NCBI GenBank assembly: GCA_017462545.1
Contig: JAFTQX010000027.1
Location: 30,331-94,330, forward strand
Reading direction: 5' to 3'
DNA: 64,000 nucleotides
Origin: Clostridia bacterium
GTDB lineage: Bacteria; Bacillota; Clostridia; Oscillospirales; CAG-272
Shown piece after piece: positions 46,964-56,828 of the stretch. Numbering within the stretch: the stretch's first letter is position 1; every line of letters begins with the position of its first letter. The translations under genes were made by a program, and so were the position numbers. The notes under the pieces were generated by a model, which saw only the letters and a program-made list of their open reading frames with translations, was not told the DNA's origin and ran no database searches.

Positions 46964-46992
46964 AGTTTACAATATTTATCAGTAAATGTCAA
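46964..46992 (-). promoter_or_regulatory. sigma-A promoter of the GH20-GH20-GH38-GH95 operon
   Basis: On the minus strand: TTGACA (46987-46992), 17-nt spacer, TAAACT (46964-46969). Confidence 0.6.
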
Positions 46993-47100
46993 TAAATTTC
47001 GATTATTTTGACATCTTTTTTCTGTTGATTTTTTCATACTTTTCAGGCGCGAAACATATATTGTGACAAAGAACAAGAAAAAGAAACGAGAGGTAAAAGC

Positions 47101-48033
47101 ATGTCATACAAACCGGAGGGATATTTGATCGGTGAAACCGAAAATCTTGAGTACCTTTCCAACATGGCCGGGCTTGAGAGGGCGTTAGAAAAGCAAAAGA
47201 TTTTAGAGTCAACCGCACTACTGTGTGATAATACCTTTACGCTACACTTTGATTTGTGCGGGATACACGGCATCATGCCAAGGAATGAGGTGCAATACAA
47301 CCCGGGCGGTGAAGAAACAAAGGACATCGCCATTTTAACACGCGTGGGAAAGCCCACTTGCTTCAAGATTATCGGATTTCGACGAGAAAAGGACGGTTCC
47401 CTGTGCGCCATGCTCTCTCGCCGCGCCGCGCAAATGGAGTGCCGCTATCAATTTATCAGCGCTTTGATGCCGGGGGATATATTACCCGCCCGCGTCACAC
47501 ATCTTGAAAATTTTGGTGCATTTGTGGATATCGGCTGCGGGATCGTCTCCTTACTTTCGATTGACACCATATCGGTTTCTCACATCACCCACCCCAAAGA
47601 CCGTTTTCAGGCAGGTGACCGCATCAATGTTATTGTCAAAACGATCGATAAGGAAGGACGCATCTACGTCACCCAGCGAGAATTGTTTGGCACATGGTTA
47701 GAAAACGCCTCGCGTTTTTCTGTTGGGCAAACGGTCGCAGGCATTGTGCGCAGCATTGAGACATACGGCATATTTATTGAGCTAGCCCCCAATTTAGCCG
47801 GGCTTGCCGAATGGAAAAGCGGCATAGAGGTCGGTACACAAGCCGCTGTGTATATCAAAAGCATCATTCCCGAAAAAATGAAGCTGAAGCTGGTATTGAT
47901 CGATGCGCACAACGGTGCGGCTCCACGCATGCCCCTGCGCTACTTTATCGACCCCAAAAAGGAAAATCATATTTCATATTGGCGATATTCCCCGGAGGTT
48001 TGCAGCAAAGTGATAGAAAGCAGCTTTACATAA
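47101..48033 (+). CDS. S1 RNA-binding domain protein
   Basis: Two clear S1 motifs (GDILPARVTHLENFGAFVDIG and GQTVAGIVRSIETYGIFIELAP); 310 aa. Confidence 0.75.
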   Translation: MSYKPEGYLIGETENLEYLSNMAGLERALEKQKILESTALLCDNTFTLHFDLCGIHGIMPRNEVQYNPGGEETKDIAILTRVGKPTCFKIIGFRREKDGSLCAMLSRRAAQMECRYQFISALMPGDILPARVTHLENFGAFVDIGCGIVSLLSIDTISVSHITHPKDRFQAGDRINVIVKTIDKEGRIYVTQRELFGTWLENASRFSVGQTVAGIVRSIETYGIFIELAPNLAGLAEWKSGIEVGTQAAVYIKSIIPEKMKLKLVLIDAHNGAAPRMPLRYFIDPKKENHISYWRYSPEVCSKVIESSFT

Positions 48034-48034
48034 G

Positions 48035-48061
48035 AAAAAAGCGGTGTTACACCGCTTTTTC
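48035..48061. terminator. bidirectional terminator
   Basis: aaaaaa-gcggtg-tta-caccgc-tttttc. Confidence 0.8.
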
Positions 48062-48928
48062 TTATACGAATATTCCAAAATAGAGGAGGACCAACACGCC
48101 AAGCACAATGCGATACCATCCAAAGGCCTCAAAGCTATGGCGGCGAACAAAGTCCATCAAGAAACGAATACAAACGAGTGAAACGACAAACGCGATCACC
48201 GAGCCAAAGATCAGCATGCCGATCTCATCGCCTGTGCAAGCATACCCTTCTACCCCTGCCATTGCAGAGAGGGCGTATTTTCCAACCTTGAGCAGAGACA
48301 CACCCGCCATAATGGGAATCGCCATAAAGAAGGAGTATTCTGCTGATGCGCCACGTGAGATGCCAAGAACCATACCGCCTAAAATGGTAGAGCCGGAGCG
48401 CGAGGTACCGGGAATGATAGAAAGGCATTGAAACAAACCAATCAGCAACGCATCCTTCCACGTAAACTGATCTATCGAACAAACACGGAAGTGGTCACGC
48501 TTTTTGCGTCTCTCGATCAAAACATAGAGAATGCCATACACAATCAGCATGGCTGCCACAATGTAAGTCCCGAAATTGGATTTTACAACATGCTCGTCAA
48601 CCCAGTCATCCAGCAAAAGACCAATCACCGCAGCAGGAACAACACCAACCAGCACCAGCATCCACGTCCGCCAGGTCGACTTTTTCTCTTGACTACTCTT
48701 TTTTGGTGAAAACGGATTCAGGCGACCAAAGAAATACACGATAACCGCCAAAATCGCCGCAAGCTGAATCACATAAAGAAACATCGAATAGAACGCATCG
48801 CTCATCGCCTTTAGCGGTAGAATGTTTTCCAAAAGGATCATATGACCTGTACTGCTGACGGGCAACCACTCGGTAATTCCCTCTACGATTGCGATCAATA
48901 GCACCTTTAAGTATTCAAAAAGAATCAT
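48062..48928 (-). CDS. uppP: undecaprenyl-diphosphate phosphatase
   Basis: GITEWLPVSSTGHM and PGTSRSGSTI BacA/UppP motifs; 288 aa; multi-TM. Confidence 0.9.
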   Translation of the reverse strand: MILFEYLKVLLIAIVEGITEWLPVSSTGHMILLENILPLKAMSDAFYSMFLYVIQLAAILAVIVYFFGRLNPFSPKKSSQEKKSTWRTWMLVLVGVVPAAVIGLLLDDWVDEHVVKSNFGTYIVAAMLIVYGILYVLIERRKKRDHFRVCSIDQFTWKDALLIGLFQCLSIIPGTSRSGSTILGGMVLGISRGASAEYSFFMAIPIMAGVSLLKVGKYALSAMAGVEGYACTGDEIGMLIFGSVIAFVVSLVCIRFLMDFVRRHSFEAFGWYRIVLGVLVLLYFGIFV

Positions 48929-48939
48929 GTTCCCCTCCT

Positions 48940-50169
48940 TTAATCAACTGCCGCGCGAAGAATATCGCCCGGCTTTACAGGAAACGGCATCTTCATATAG
49001 TATTTCATCTGCGGATGTGGAACCGCCTCAATCGGCTCATGCTCTTCATTCCACATCTCGCCCGCAACAAACGGTCTACCGATGCTTCCCGGTGTCAACA
49101 GCTCGACAGCATCGCCGCATGAATACTTGTTTCTTTGTTGTAACAGTGCCACGCCTGTTTCTTCATCATATGAGCGCACAATGGCCAGATATGCATTTTC
49201 TCGCAAATAGCCCGGATATTCGGTCACATTGGCCTGTTCGGTCGGTTGATCAAAATAATATCCTGTGTGATACGGGCGGTGGCTGACGCTGTCCAGTTCT
49301 CTTTCCCACGCCGGATCGTATACATAATTCCCAGCAGCATATGCATCCATGGCCATGCGATAGGTGTTTGTCACAACCGCAGCATAATAGGCACTTTTCA
49401 TACGCCCTTCAATCTTGAAACTGTCAATACCGGATTCCATCAATGCAGGAACATGCTCGATCATACAGGTATCACGTGAGCTCATAAAGAAGGCCTCGCC
49501 ATGAACCTCCTCAATCGAAATCGGCATATCCGGCCGTTTTTCCTCTATCAGCTCATAATGCCCACGCAAGCTGTAATTCCAACGGCAAGGCTGGGTACAC
49601 ATCCCGCGATTGGCATCGCGCCCGGTAAAGAAGTTGGATAGTAAGCACCTGCCGCTGTAGGAAATGCACATAGAGCCGTGTATAAAAGCCTCCAGCTCCA
49701 CATCCGGCACGGCATCACGAATGCGTTTGATCTCCTCCATCGTCAATTCTCTTGCGAGTACAATGCGGCTTGCACCAAGCGCCTTATATGCGCGACAGGT
49801 TTCCGCGGAAACAACATTTGCCTGTGTGGAAATGTGAATCGCTACATGGGGCAGCATCTCCTTTGCCAAAGCAAGCACACCAAGGTCAGCAATAATCAAA
49901 GCATCGATCGAAATGCTTTTCAGTTCCGAAAAATATTCGCGCAAAAGTGGATATTCATGCTCACGCGGCATGACGTTGACGGTGAGATAGACCCGCACAT
50001 GATGCTCATGCGCATAGTCTACCGCCAGGCGCAGCTCATCTATAGAAAAGTTGTCGGCCGCAGCACGCATGCCGAACATTCTGCCGGAAAGATATACGGC
50101 ATCGGCGCCATACAAAACAGCAGCCTGCAGCTTTTCAAAATTTCCGGCGGGAGCTAACAATTCCGGCAT
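48940..50169 (-). CDS. U32 family protein (peptidase U32 / Fe-S hydroxylase family)
   Basis: ELLAPAGN.E.L.AA...GADAVY N-terminus and four-Cys cluster SMCISYSGRC....GRDANRGMCTQPCRW. Confidence 0.9.
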   Translation of the reverse strand: MPELLAPAGNFEKLQAAVLYGADAVYLSGRMFGMRAAADNFSIDELRLAVDYAHEHHVRVYLTVNVMPREHEYPLLREYFSELKSISIDALIIADLGVLALAKEMLPHVAIHISTQANVVSAETCRAYKALGASRIVLARELTMEEIKRIRDAVPDVELEAFIHGSMCISYSGRCLLSNFFTGRDANRGMCTQPCRWNYSLRGHYELIEEKRPDMPISIEEVHGEAFFMSSRDTCMIEHVPALMESGIDSFKIEGRMKSAYYAAVVTNTYRMAMDAYAAGNYVYDPAWERELDSVSHRPYHTGYYFDQPTEQANVTEYPGYLRENAYLAIVRSYDEETGVALLQQRNKYSCGDAVELLTPGSIGRPFVAGEMWNEEHEPIEAVPHPQMKYYMKMPFPVKPGDILRAAVD

Positions 50170-50181
50170 AACAATCTCCTC

Positions 50182-51276
50182 TCAAACAGCATATAGTGTA
50201 ATTTCCCAAGCAGGAAGGCAATTAACGCGGCGAAGATAAAACCGATAATTTGGACAAATTTCGCGGATAAGAAGCGGCAGATCATACAAGTCCTCACTAC
50301 GATGATACAGCGAAACAGCAAGTGCGGGATGATCTCGCCGGATAACGGCTTTGCTGCCAAGCAAGGCCTCGCGCTCTGCCCCCTCGACATCATATTTGAT
50401 ATAATCAATTCTTTCCTCTCCGACAAGCGCATCGATTGCCACAAGAGGAACAGTTACGTCTTTATGTTCGTAAGAAGATGCCATCAGAGAAGAATTGCGA
50501 TTGCCACCGGCGGCAAAGCATCCGTCTCCCATTTCGCTCCATAACGCCGCATGAACGGGAATGATTTCAACTTCGTTTTGGAAGTCTGCTGCAAATTTAG
50601 TCAACTTTTTGAAGTTTTTTGCATCTGGCTCAATCGCATATATCTTTTCAAGGGAGGAAAAATGTCGACACATCTGCTCGGCGGTATCTCCATTGTATGC
50701 ACCACCATCAATCGCCCTTTTGATTGTATGGCCGCCAAGACATGCGTAGTCCTCGTCCTCGGAAGAGTGAGCATCTTTCAGATATCGAATATCTCCTGTC
50801 AGCTTGTATTGCAAAACGGAGGTATAGATCCTTTTGGACAGATCATCTGCAAGCAGATTGTAAACCATCTCTATGCTATCTTGATGTTCTTGATACAAGG
50901 CGGTAGTAAAATCCCGCTCTCCCACAACAGGCATATCCGGCAAAAAGAGCGGGTATTGCTCCGCCATGTGGAACAACGTGCTCATCACGGCAGGCAATCG
51001 GCTGCCAAAGGAAACAAGAATCACAAAATCAGAAAAACGCTCACAAATTTCAGAAAATCGGCACACCCGAAAGCCATGGAAGGACTGGCCTCTCACAAAA
51101 TCATCGCTAGCAAAGACGGCAGCAGGAGTCTTTCCAATACGTGCCAGACGCTCAATCAGTTTATCAGCACCATTCCCCATGCCGTAGATCACAAGCGGCC
51201 GTTCTTCCTTGGCAAGAGTTTGCCAAATATCACCGTTTGCCAAAAAAAGCGGTTCGTTCTTTTGCATTTTCACCAC
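50182..51276 (-). CDS. FkbM family methyltransferase with N-terminal extra domain
   Basis: IDGGAYNGDTA SAM-binding loop and IDYIKYDVEGAE motif; 364 aa. Confidence 0.75.
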   Translation of the reverse strand: MVKMQKNEPLFLANGDIWQTLAKEERPLVIYGMGNGADKLIERLARIGKTPAAVFASDDFVRGQSFHGFRVCRFSEICERFSDFVILVSFGSRLPAVMSTLFHMAEQYPLFLPDMPVVGERDFTTALYQEHQDSIEMVYNLLADDLSKRIYTSVLQYKLTGDIRYLKDAHSSEDEDYACLGGHTIKRAIDGGAYNGDTAEQMCRHFSSLEKIYAIEPDAKNFKKLTKFAADFQNEVEIIPVHAALWSEMGDGCFAAGGNRNSSLMASSYEHKDVTVPLVAIDALVGEERIDYIKYDVEGAEREALLGSKAVIRRDHPALAVSLYHRSEDLYDLPLLIREICPNYRFYLRRVNCLPAWEITLYAV

Positions 51277-51336
51277 TCCGTGTCTTGTAATTTCGCCCGC
51301 ATTCTGTTATAATAAAAGAAAAAAGGAGTTTTTACT

Positions 51337-51675
51337 ATGGATTGCTTATTCTGTAAGATCGCTGCCGGCGACATCCCATCTGATAAAGTGTACGAGGACA
51401 ATCAAATCCTCGCATTCCGCGATATCAACCCGCAAGCGCCTGTGCACGTGCTGGTCATTCCGCGCACACATATTGCATCGGCAGACGAGGTAACGGCAGA
51501 CAACAGCGCTCTCGTTGCTCGCATCTTTGCTTGCATTCCGCAAATTGCAAAAAAAGTAGGGCTGGCAAACGGTTATCGCGTCATCACCAATTGCGGAGAG
51601 GACGGCTGCCAATCTGTCAAGCATTTGCATTTTCACATTCTTGGCGGAAAGAAGCTGACTGAGAATATGGGATAA
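51337..51675 (+). CDS. HIT family (histidine triad) nucleotide hydrolase
   Basis: CLFCKI and HLHFHILGG motifs. Confidence 0.9.
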   Translation: MDCLFCKIAAGDIPSDKVYEDNQILAFRDINPQAPVHVLVIPRTHIASADEVTADNSALVARIFACIPQIAKKVGLANGYRVITNCGEDGCQSVKHLHFHILGGKKLTENMG

Positions 51676-51679
51676 TGAA

Positions 51680-51713
51680 AAAAACAGCCGTTATGAAATA
51701 ACGGCGTTTTTTT
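51680..51713. terminator. bidirectional terminator between the HIT gene and rplS
   Basis: gccgttat-gaa-ataacggc flanked by an A-run and a T-run. Confidence 0.8.
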
Positions 51714-51732
51714 CTTTTTGGGAGCAACCGAC

Positions 51733-52074
51733 TTAGATCTTCTCTTTGGTCTTTGCTGCCTTACCAACCCTGTCACGCAGATAGTAGAGCTTTGCGCGGC
51801 GAACCTTACCAACGCGGATAACATCTACCTTTACTACGTTAGGAGAATGAATCGGGAAGGTCTTCTCAACACCTACACCGTAAGCAATGCGTCTTACAGT
51901 AAAGGTCTCAGAAATACCGCCATTGCGCTTAGCAATTACGGTGCCCTCGAACATCTGGATTCTCTCCTTCTCGCCTTCCTTGATCTTGTTGTGTACCCGT
52001 ACGGTATCACCAATTTCGAACTTAGGAAGCTCGGGTTTCAACTGCTCATTTACAAAAGCCTGAATCATATCCAT
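51733..52074 (-). CDS. rplS: 50S ribosomal protein L19
   Basis: LP.F..GDTV.V...I.EG.KERIQ.FEG.VI, and RRAKLYYLR. Confidence 0.95.
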   Translation of the reverse strand: MDMIQAFVNEQLKPELPKFEIGDTVRVHNKIKEGEKERIQMFEGTVIAKRNGGISETFTVRRIAYGVGVEKTFPIHSPNVVKVDVIRVGKVRRAKLYYLRDRVGKAAKTKEKI

Positions 52075-52289
52075 GAAATGATTCCTCCTTTAACACCGAA
52101 CATTCGTGCAGAGCAATGCAGAGGACTGTTCTAATATTATGCCTATACAGACACCAATGTATTATACCATCTCTTTTTCAAAAAATCAAGTGTTTTTTCA
52201 AAAAAATGTTCTTGTATATTCATCTTTTTCATGTTATAATAATGTAGATACATATTTTCATTTCAAAATATAGAAAGAAGGCAGAAAAC

Positions 52290-53015
52290 ATGGCACAAGA
52301 TATGCACCCGGAAGATAAAGCAGAGATTCTCTCCACCGGTTCGCCCGACGAGATTGACGGCTCTGACCTTGGCGACGATGAGATCGCCCCCGGCGAGATC
52401 CAAACAAAAACCAAGCCGGCTATTGAAATTTTTGAATTTTTGGAAATGTTGATCCTTGCCGCCTGCGTCATTATGCTGATTTTCAGCTTTGTGGCAAGAA
52501 TATGCACGGTAGACGGCCCTTCGATGAACAACACGCTTACGCACGGCGACAAGCTGATCGTCTCCAATCTTTTTTACACGCCGTCACAGGGAGATATCGT
52601 TGTCTTCCAGGATCTTGATCTGCGTGACGACAAAACCGGCAAGCCGCTTTATGAAAACGCAATCATCAAGCGTGTTATTGCTACTGCCGGGCAAACCGTA
52701 GTGCTGAACTACGAAACACAAGGTGATCTCTATATCGTTACTGTAACCATTGATGGCGTACCACTAGAGGAGCCTTATCGTTATTATGATGCTTCGTCTT
52801 CCCCTTCCAAGATTGACGGGATCACCTCAAAAACCGAGACATATATCGTTCCCGAGGGATGCCTGTTCGTCATGGGGGATAACACCTACCACTCCGAGGA
52901 TAGCCGTGGCAGATTTGGCTATGTAGAAACAAGCAAGGTTCTCGGGCGTGCGATTTTCCGCCTTGGCGGCAAGGATCTTTCCAGCCTGTTCAGCAAATTT
53001 GGTTTTATTGAGTAA
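52290..53015 (+). CDS. lepB: signal peptidase I
   Basis: GPSMNNTL (Ser), KRVIA (Lys) and GDN...S.DSR boxes, with an acidic N-terminal extension. Confidence 0.85.
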   Translation: MAQDMHPEDKAEILSTGSPDEIDGSDLGDDEIAPGEIQTKTKPAIEIFEFLEMLILAACVIMLIFSFVARICTVDGPSMNNTLTHGDKLIVSNLFYTPSQGDIVVFQDLDLRDDKTGKPLYENAIIKRVIATAGQTVVLNYETQGDLYIVTVTIDGVPLEEPYRYYDASSSPSKIDGITSKTETYIVPEGCLFVMGDNTYHSEDSRGRFGYVETSKVLGRAIFRLGGKDLSSLFSKFGFIE

Positions 53016-53024
53016 GGAGCACAC

Positions 53025-53894
53025 ATGCCATCACAAGTCATACAATGGTTCCCGGGGCACATGGCAAAGACACGCCGCCTGATGCAGGAAAACCTCTCCA
53101 AGGTGGATGTGCTGATTGAGGTACTGGACGCACGCATACCGCGCAGCTCGCGCAATCCGGAAATCCATCGCATTGCAGGGCAAAAGCCAATGCTGACGCT
53201 GCTTAACAAAGCAGGACTCGCCTCTCAAGCGGCAACCGACCTTTGGGTTGCGCATTTCAAAAGCAACGGCGATTACGTCCTCCCGATCGATTGCGTCAGC
53301 GGCGACGGAATCAAAAAAATCCCCGATGCCATTCGCGAGGTGCTTGCCGAAAAGGTTGAGCGTTATCGCGAAAAAGGCATGGAGGGGCGACGCTTGCGCG
53401 CGATGATCGTCGGCATTCCCAATGTAGGAAAATCCTCGCTGATCAACCGTCTCTGCGGTTCCGGGAAAACAAAGGTCGAAAACCGCCCCGGCGTAACCAT
53501 GACCAAGCAATGGGTCGGCACAGACATCGGCCTCGATCTGATGGACATGCCCGGCGTTCTTTGGCCGAAATTTGATGATGCCAAGGTGGGAGAAAACCTC
53601 GCCTTTACCGGCGCGATCAAGGATCAGATTTTAGACACCGAGGAGCTTGCTATGCTGCTATGCGCACGGCTGAATCGGCTATGTCCCGCACTGCTTGCCG
53701 CGCGCTACAAATTAAACGAAGAGGACCTCCGGGATTTGGACGGATATGACCTGCTTGCCCTTATTGGTAAAAAGCGCGGCATGCTCGTCTCCGGCGGAGA
53801 AACAGACTTTGCTCGCACAGCAAACATGCTGCTTGATGAATTCCGCCACGCCGTTATCGGGCGTATCACGCTTGAAAAACCGACGAAGGATTAA
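53025..53894 (+). CDS. rbgA: ribosome biogenesis GTPase YlqF/RbgA
   Basis: IQWFPGHMAK, circularly permuted G motifs (LNKAGL, GIPNVGKSSLINR, DMPG). Confidence 0.9.
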   Translation: MPSQVIQWFPGHMAKTRRLMQENLSKVDVLIEVLDARIPRSSRNPEIHRIAGQKPMLTLLNKAGLASQAATDLWVAHFKSNGDYVLPIDCVSGDGIKKIPDAIREVLAEKVERYREKGMEGRRLRAMIVGIPNVGKSSLINRLCGSGKTKVENRPGVTMTKQWVGTDIGLDLMDMPGVLWPKFDDAKVGENLAFTGAIKDQILDTEELAMLLCARLNRLCPALLAARYKLNEEDLRDLDGYDLLALIGKKRGMLVSGGETDFARTANMLLDEFRHAVIGRITLEKPTKD

Positions 53895-53897
53895 GCT

Positions 53898-54503
53898 ATG
53901 CCAACATACGAACTCGAAAGAAAATTCAAAGCAGACGGCTATTCCGTTATTTGCGGTGTTGATGAAGCAGGCCGAGGCCCGCTTTCCGGTCCCGTTTTTG
54001 CCGCAGCTTGCATCCTGCCGGACGGATTGGAAATCCTCGGGCTCAATGATTCAAAAAAACTGACCGCAAAAAAGCGCGAGGCCTTGTTTGATATCATTTG
54101 CCACGAAGCGATTGCCTACGCCATCGCATCTGCCTCTCCTGCAGAAATCGACGAGATGAACATTCTAAATGCCGACATGCTTGCCATGCGTCGCGCCATT
54201 GAAATGCTCTCCCCCGCCGCTGATTTTGCTTTGATTGACGGAAATATCGCACGCGATATGCCCATTCCTGCATATCCTGTCATCAAAGGAGATGCCATTT
54301 CCTGCTCCATTGCAGCGGCCAGCATTCTTGCCAAGGTTTCACGAGACCGCATGTGCCTTGAGGATGACCGTCTCTACCCACAATACGGCTTTGCCAAGCA
54401 CAAGGGCTATGGAACGAAAGCACACATGGATGCATTGCGTGCATACGGCCCATGCCCCATACATAGAAAATCCTTTTTGAAATTTCTAAATTCAGAAAAA
54501 TGA
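53898..54503 (+). CDS. rnhB: ribonuclease HII
   Basis: GVDEAGRGPL.GPV, DSKKL and KGD...SIAAASILAKV motifs. Confidence 0.95.
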   Translation: MPTYELERKFKADGYSVICGVDEAGRGPLSGPVFAAACILPDGLEILGLNDSKKLTAKKREALFDIICHEAIAYAIASASPAEIDEMNILNADMLAMRRAIEMLSPAADFALIDGNIARDMPIPAYPVIKGDAISCSIAAASILAKVSRDRMCLEDDRLYPQYGFAKHKGYGTKAHMDALRAYGPCPIHRKSFLKFLNSEK

Positions 54504-54889
54504 AAACAGAAAAACGACGTCTCGGCGATCTTGGAGAGGATGCTGCCGCAAAATATCTGCGCAAAAACAAGATAAAGATTCTTGAACGCAACTTCACATA
54601 CGGCCCGCATGAGATTGACATCATCGCTGCCAATCGAGAGTTTTTGATTTTTGTAGAAGTAAAAACACGCACCCATCGCGAGGAAACCATCGCGCAATAC
54701 GGTCGCGCATGCGAAGCAGTCGACCATCGAAAGCGGCACAGTATGCTGTGTGCTGTACGCGGATACTGCAAATCCACCCCACCAAAGAAAAAGATCCGCT
54801 TGGATGTTGTCGAGGTTTACTTTGAAAACACAGATCCCCCCAAACTGCACGCCATTCACCACATGCCTGATGCATTTCGCATAGAATAG
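54500..54889 (+). CDS. YraN family (UPF0102) endonuclease-like protein
   Basis: GE..A..YL......I...N......EIDIIA......FVEVKTR motif and a 4-nt overlap with rnhB. Confidence 0.85.
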   Translation: MKTEKRRLGDLGEDAAAKYLRKNKIKILERNFTYGPHEIDIIAANREFLIFVEVKTRTHREETIAQYGRACEAVDHRKRHSMLCAVRGYCKSTPPKKKIRLDVVEVYFENTDPPKLHAIHHMPDAFRIE

Positions 54890-54897
54890 GAGAACAT

Positions 54898-55788
54898 ATG
54901 AATCTGGTAGATCTGCATTGTGATACCCCTTACCGCATTTACGATCAGAAGCTCCCTTTTGATGACGACAAATTACAGGTCTCCTCGCGCAAATTGTTTG
55001 CCTTTGATAACATTACGCAGGTTTTTGCCTTCTGGTGTGACAAGCGCTTGTCCGACCAGGATGCCTATGCTGCTTTTTGGGATATGCGTCGTTCTTTTTT
55101 GGAAGCCCTTGACGAGGCGCATCTGCCGCCGCAGTTTACCTATCACTTGGCCGTTGAGGATGCACGCCTTCTTTGCGGTAACATCGAGCGCCTTGATATT
55201 TTACACGGCGCAGGCGTTCGCATCCTGACCCTTATGTGGCACGGCTCTACATTAATTGGCGGTGCATGTGATACCGATGATCCTTTGATGCCCTTTGGGC
55301 ATCAGGTTGTGCGAAGATGCTTTGAAATCGGTGTTATTCCCGATGTTTCACACGCATCTCGCCGCTGCATTGAGGAAATTGCCGATATTGCAGCAAAATA
55401 TAATAAGCCCTTTATCGCCTCCCATTCCAACGCCTATGCCGTCACGCCACACAACCGCAACCTCACCGACTGGCACTTCAGCCTGATCAAAAATGCCGGC
55501 GGCCTGGTTGGTATCAGCATGGCGCCCCGCCACCTTTCCTCCGGTGACCGCTGCAGCATTGCCGATGTGATTGCGCACATTGAGCATTTTTGTGCACTGG
55601 GCGGCGAAAATCACATTTGTCTTGGTTGTGATTTTGATGGGATCGACGCAACGCCTGCGGGTCTCGAATCGGTTGATCGCCTCCCCCGCCTTGCCTCTGA
55701 AATGTCACGTCTTGGCTACCGTGACGAGCTGATCAATAAGATTTTTTACGATAACGCACAGCAGTTTTTGTTTAAATATATCAAATAA
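54898..55788 (+). CDS. M19 family (renal-type) dipeptidase
   Basis: DLHCDTP, the SH..R block (DVSHASRR) and the D.DG block (GCDFDGI). Confidence 0.8.
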   Translation: MNLVDLHCDTPYRIYDQKLPFDDDKLQVSSRKLFAFDNITQVFAFWCDKRLSDQDAYAAFWDMRRSFLEALDEAHLPPQFTYHLAVEDARLLCGNIERLDILHGAGVRILTLMWHGSTLIGGACDTDDPLMPFGHQVVRRCFEIGVIPDVSHASRRCIEEIADIAAKYNKPFIASHSNAYAVTPHNRNLTDWHFSLIKNAGGLVGISMAPRHLSSGDRCSIADVIAHIEHFCALGGENHICLGCDFDGIDATPAGLESVDRLPRLASEMSRLGYRDELINKIFYDNAQQFLFKYIK

Positions 55789-55817
55789 AAAAGGCAGACC
55801 GAGAAACCCGGTCTGCC
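55787..55817 (-). terminator. terminator of the DUF1540 gene (hairpin also closes the dipeptidase gene)
   Basis: ggcagaccg / cggtctgcc stem with the T-run on the minus strand only. Confidence 0.7.
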
Positions 55818-55827
55818 ACGGTTTACA

Positions 55828-56010
55828 TTACGACTCTTTCGGTTTAAAGGTCGCGCAAACCGTCTCGCTGCTGGAGAGTGCGTAGCTGGGGCCAACGGCA
55901 ATCTGTTCTGCCATGCAGCAGTTCCCCCCCTCGTGATAAACGCAATTGCGCACATCACAAACAATACCCTTGTTGGGCTTGTTTCCGCAGTCTTTTCTTT
56001 CGTTTTCCAT
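55828..56010 (-). CDS. DUF1540 domain protein (small Cys-rich sporulation-associated family)
   Basis: VCDVRNCVYHEGGNCCMAEQIAVG repeat signature. GAGGAGGAAAG RBS precedes ATG 56010. Confidence 0.7.
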   Translation of the reverse strand: MENERKDCGNKPNKGIVCDVRNCVYHEGGNCCMAEQIAVGPSYALSSSETVCATFKPKES

Positions 56011-56089
56011 TTTCTTTCCTCCTCTATTCGGGTCTGTCATTATTCTTGCCATCCGTAGAAGGAATTATTCTGTATTTCGGAGAATTCTC

Positions 56090-56827
56090 ATGCTATATGT
56101 AATCGCGGATTTGCATCTCTCCACCATGGAGGGAATGAACAAATCCATGGAAATATTCGGCCGCCGATGGAGCGGATATGTCGACAAGCTGCGCAGAAAT
56201 TGGACAGCAGTCGTAGAACCGGAGGATAGTGTTGTCGTTCCCGGTGATATTTCATGGGCGCTCTCGTTGCGCGATGCTGTGTGTGACCTGCACTTTTTAG
56301 ACGATCTGCCCGGGCACAAATATATTGGCAAGGGCAATCACGATTTTTGGTGGTCAACAGCAGCAAAAATGGAAAAGCTGTTTGCAGAGGAAGGAATTGC
56401 CTCCATTTCCCTGCTCAATAACAACGCCTGGCTTTGCGAAAACGATTTTATTTTATGCGGCACGCGTGGCTGGTATCAAGATGAAAGCTGCGACAACATG
56501 CCAAAGGACACAGATTTTGACAAGCTGGTGACTCGCGAGGCCATGCGGTTAAAGCTCAGCTTGGAAAGCGGACATTCGCTTGCGGCAGAAAACCCGGGGC
56601 GCGAAATGCTGGCCTTTTTACACTTTCCCCCCATTTGGAACGGCCTGCATTGTCAACCGATTCTTGATCTTTTACAGGAGTATGGCATTCGCCGGTGTTT
56701 TTTTGGGCACATCCATAGCAACTACACCGCCCCTGCCAGTTTTGTGGAGGATGGCATTCGTTTCTCCCTGATTTCGGCCGACTTCTTGAATTTCTCTCCT
56801 CGTCCCATTTTACCGGATATTCTATAA
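56090..56827 (+). CDS. metallophosphoesterase (calcineurin-like)
   Basis: MLYVIADLHLS, PGDISW, GNHDFWW, FLHFPP and GHIH motifs. The listed 55946 start is an extension. Confidence 0.8.
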   Translation: MLYVIADLHLSTMEGMNKSMEIFGRRWSGYVDKLRRNWTAVVEPEDSVVVPGDISWALSLRDAVCDLHFLDDLPGHKYIGKGNHDFWWSTAAKMEKLFAEEGIASISLLNNNAWLCENDFILCGTRGWYQDESCDNMPKDTDFDKLVTREAMRLKLSLESGHSLAAENPGREMLAFLHFPPIWNGLHCQPILDLLQEYGIRRCFFGHIHSNYTAPASFVEDGIRFSLISADFLNFSPRPILPDIL

Positions 56828-56828
56828 G

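Noticed and set aside
50154-50444. 96-aa minus-strand ORF overlapping the 3' end of the FkbM gene and the U32 start
   Set aside because: It is out of frame with and overlaps two well-supported genes, and it has no signals.
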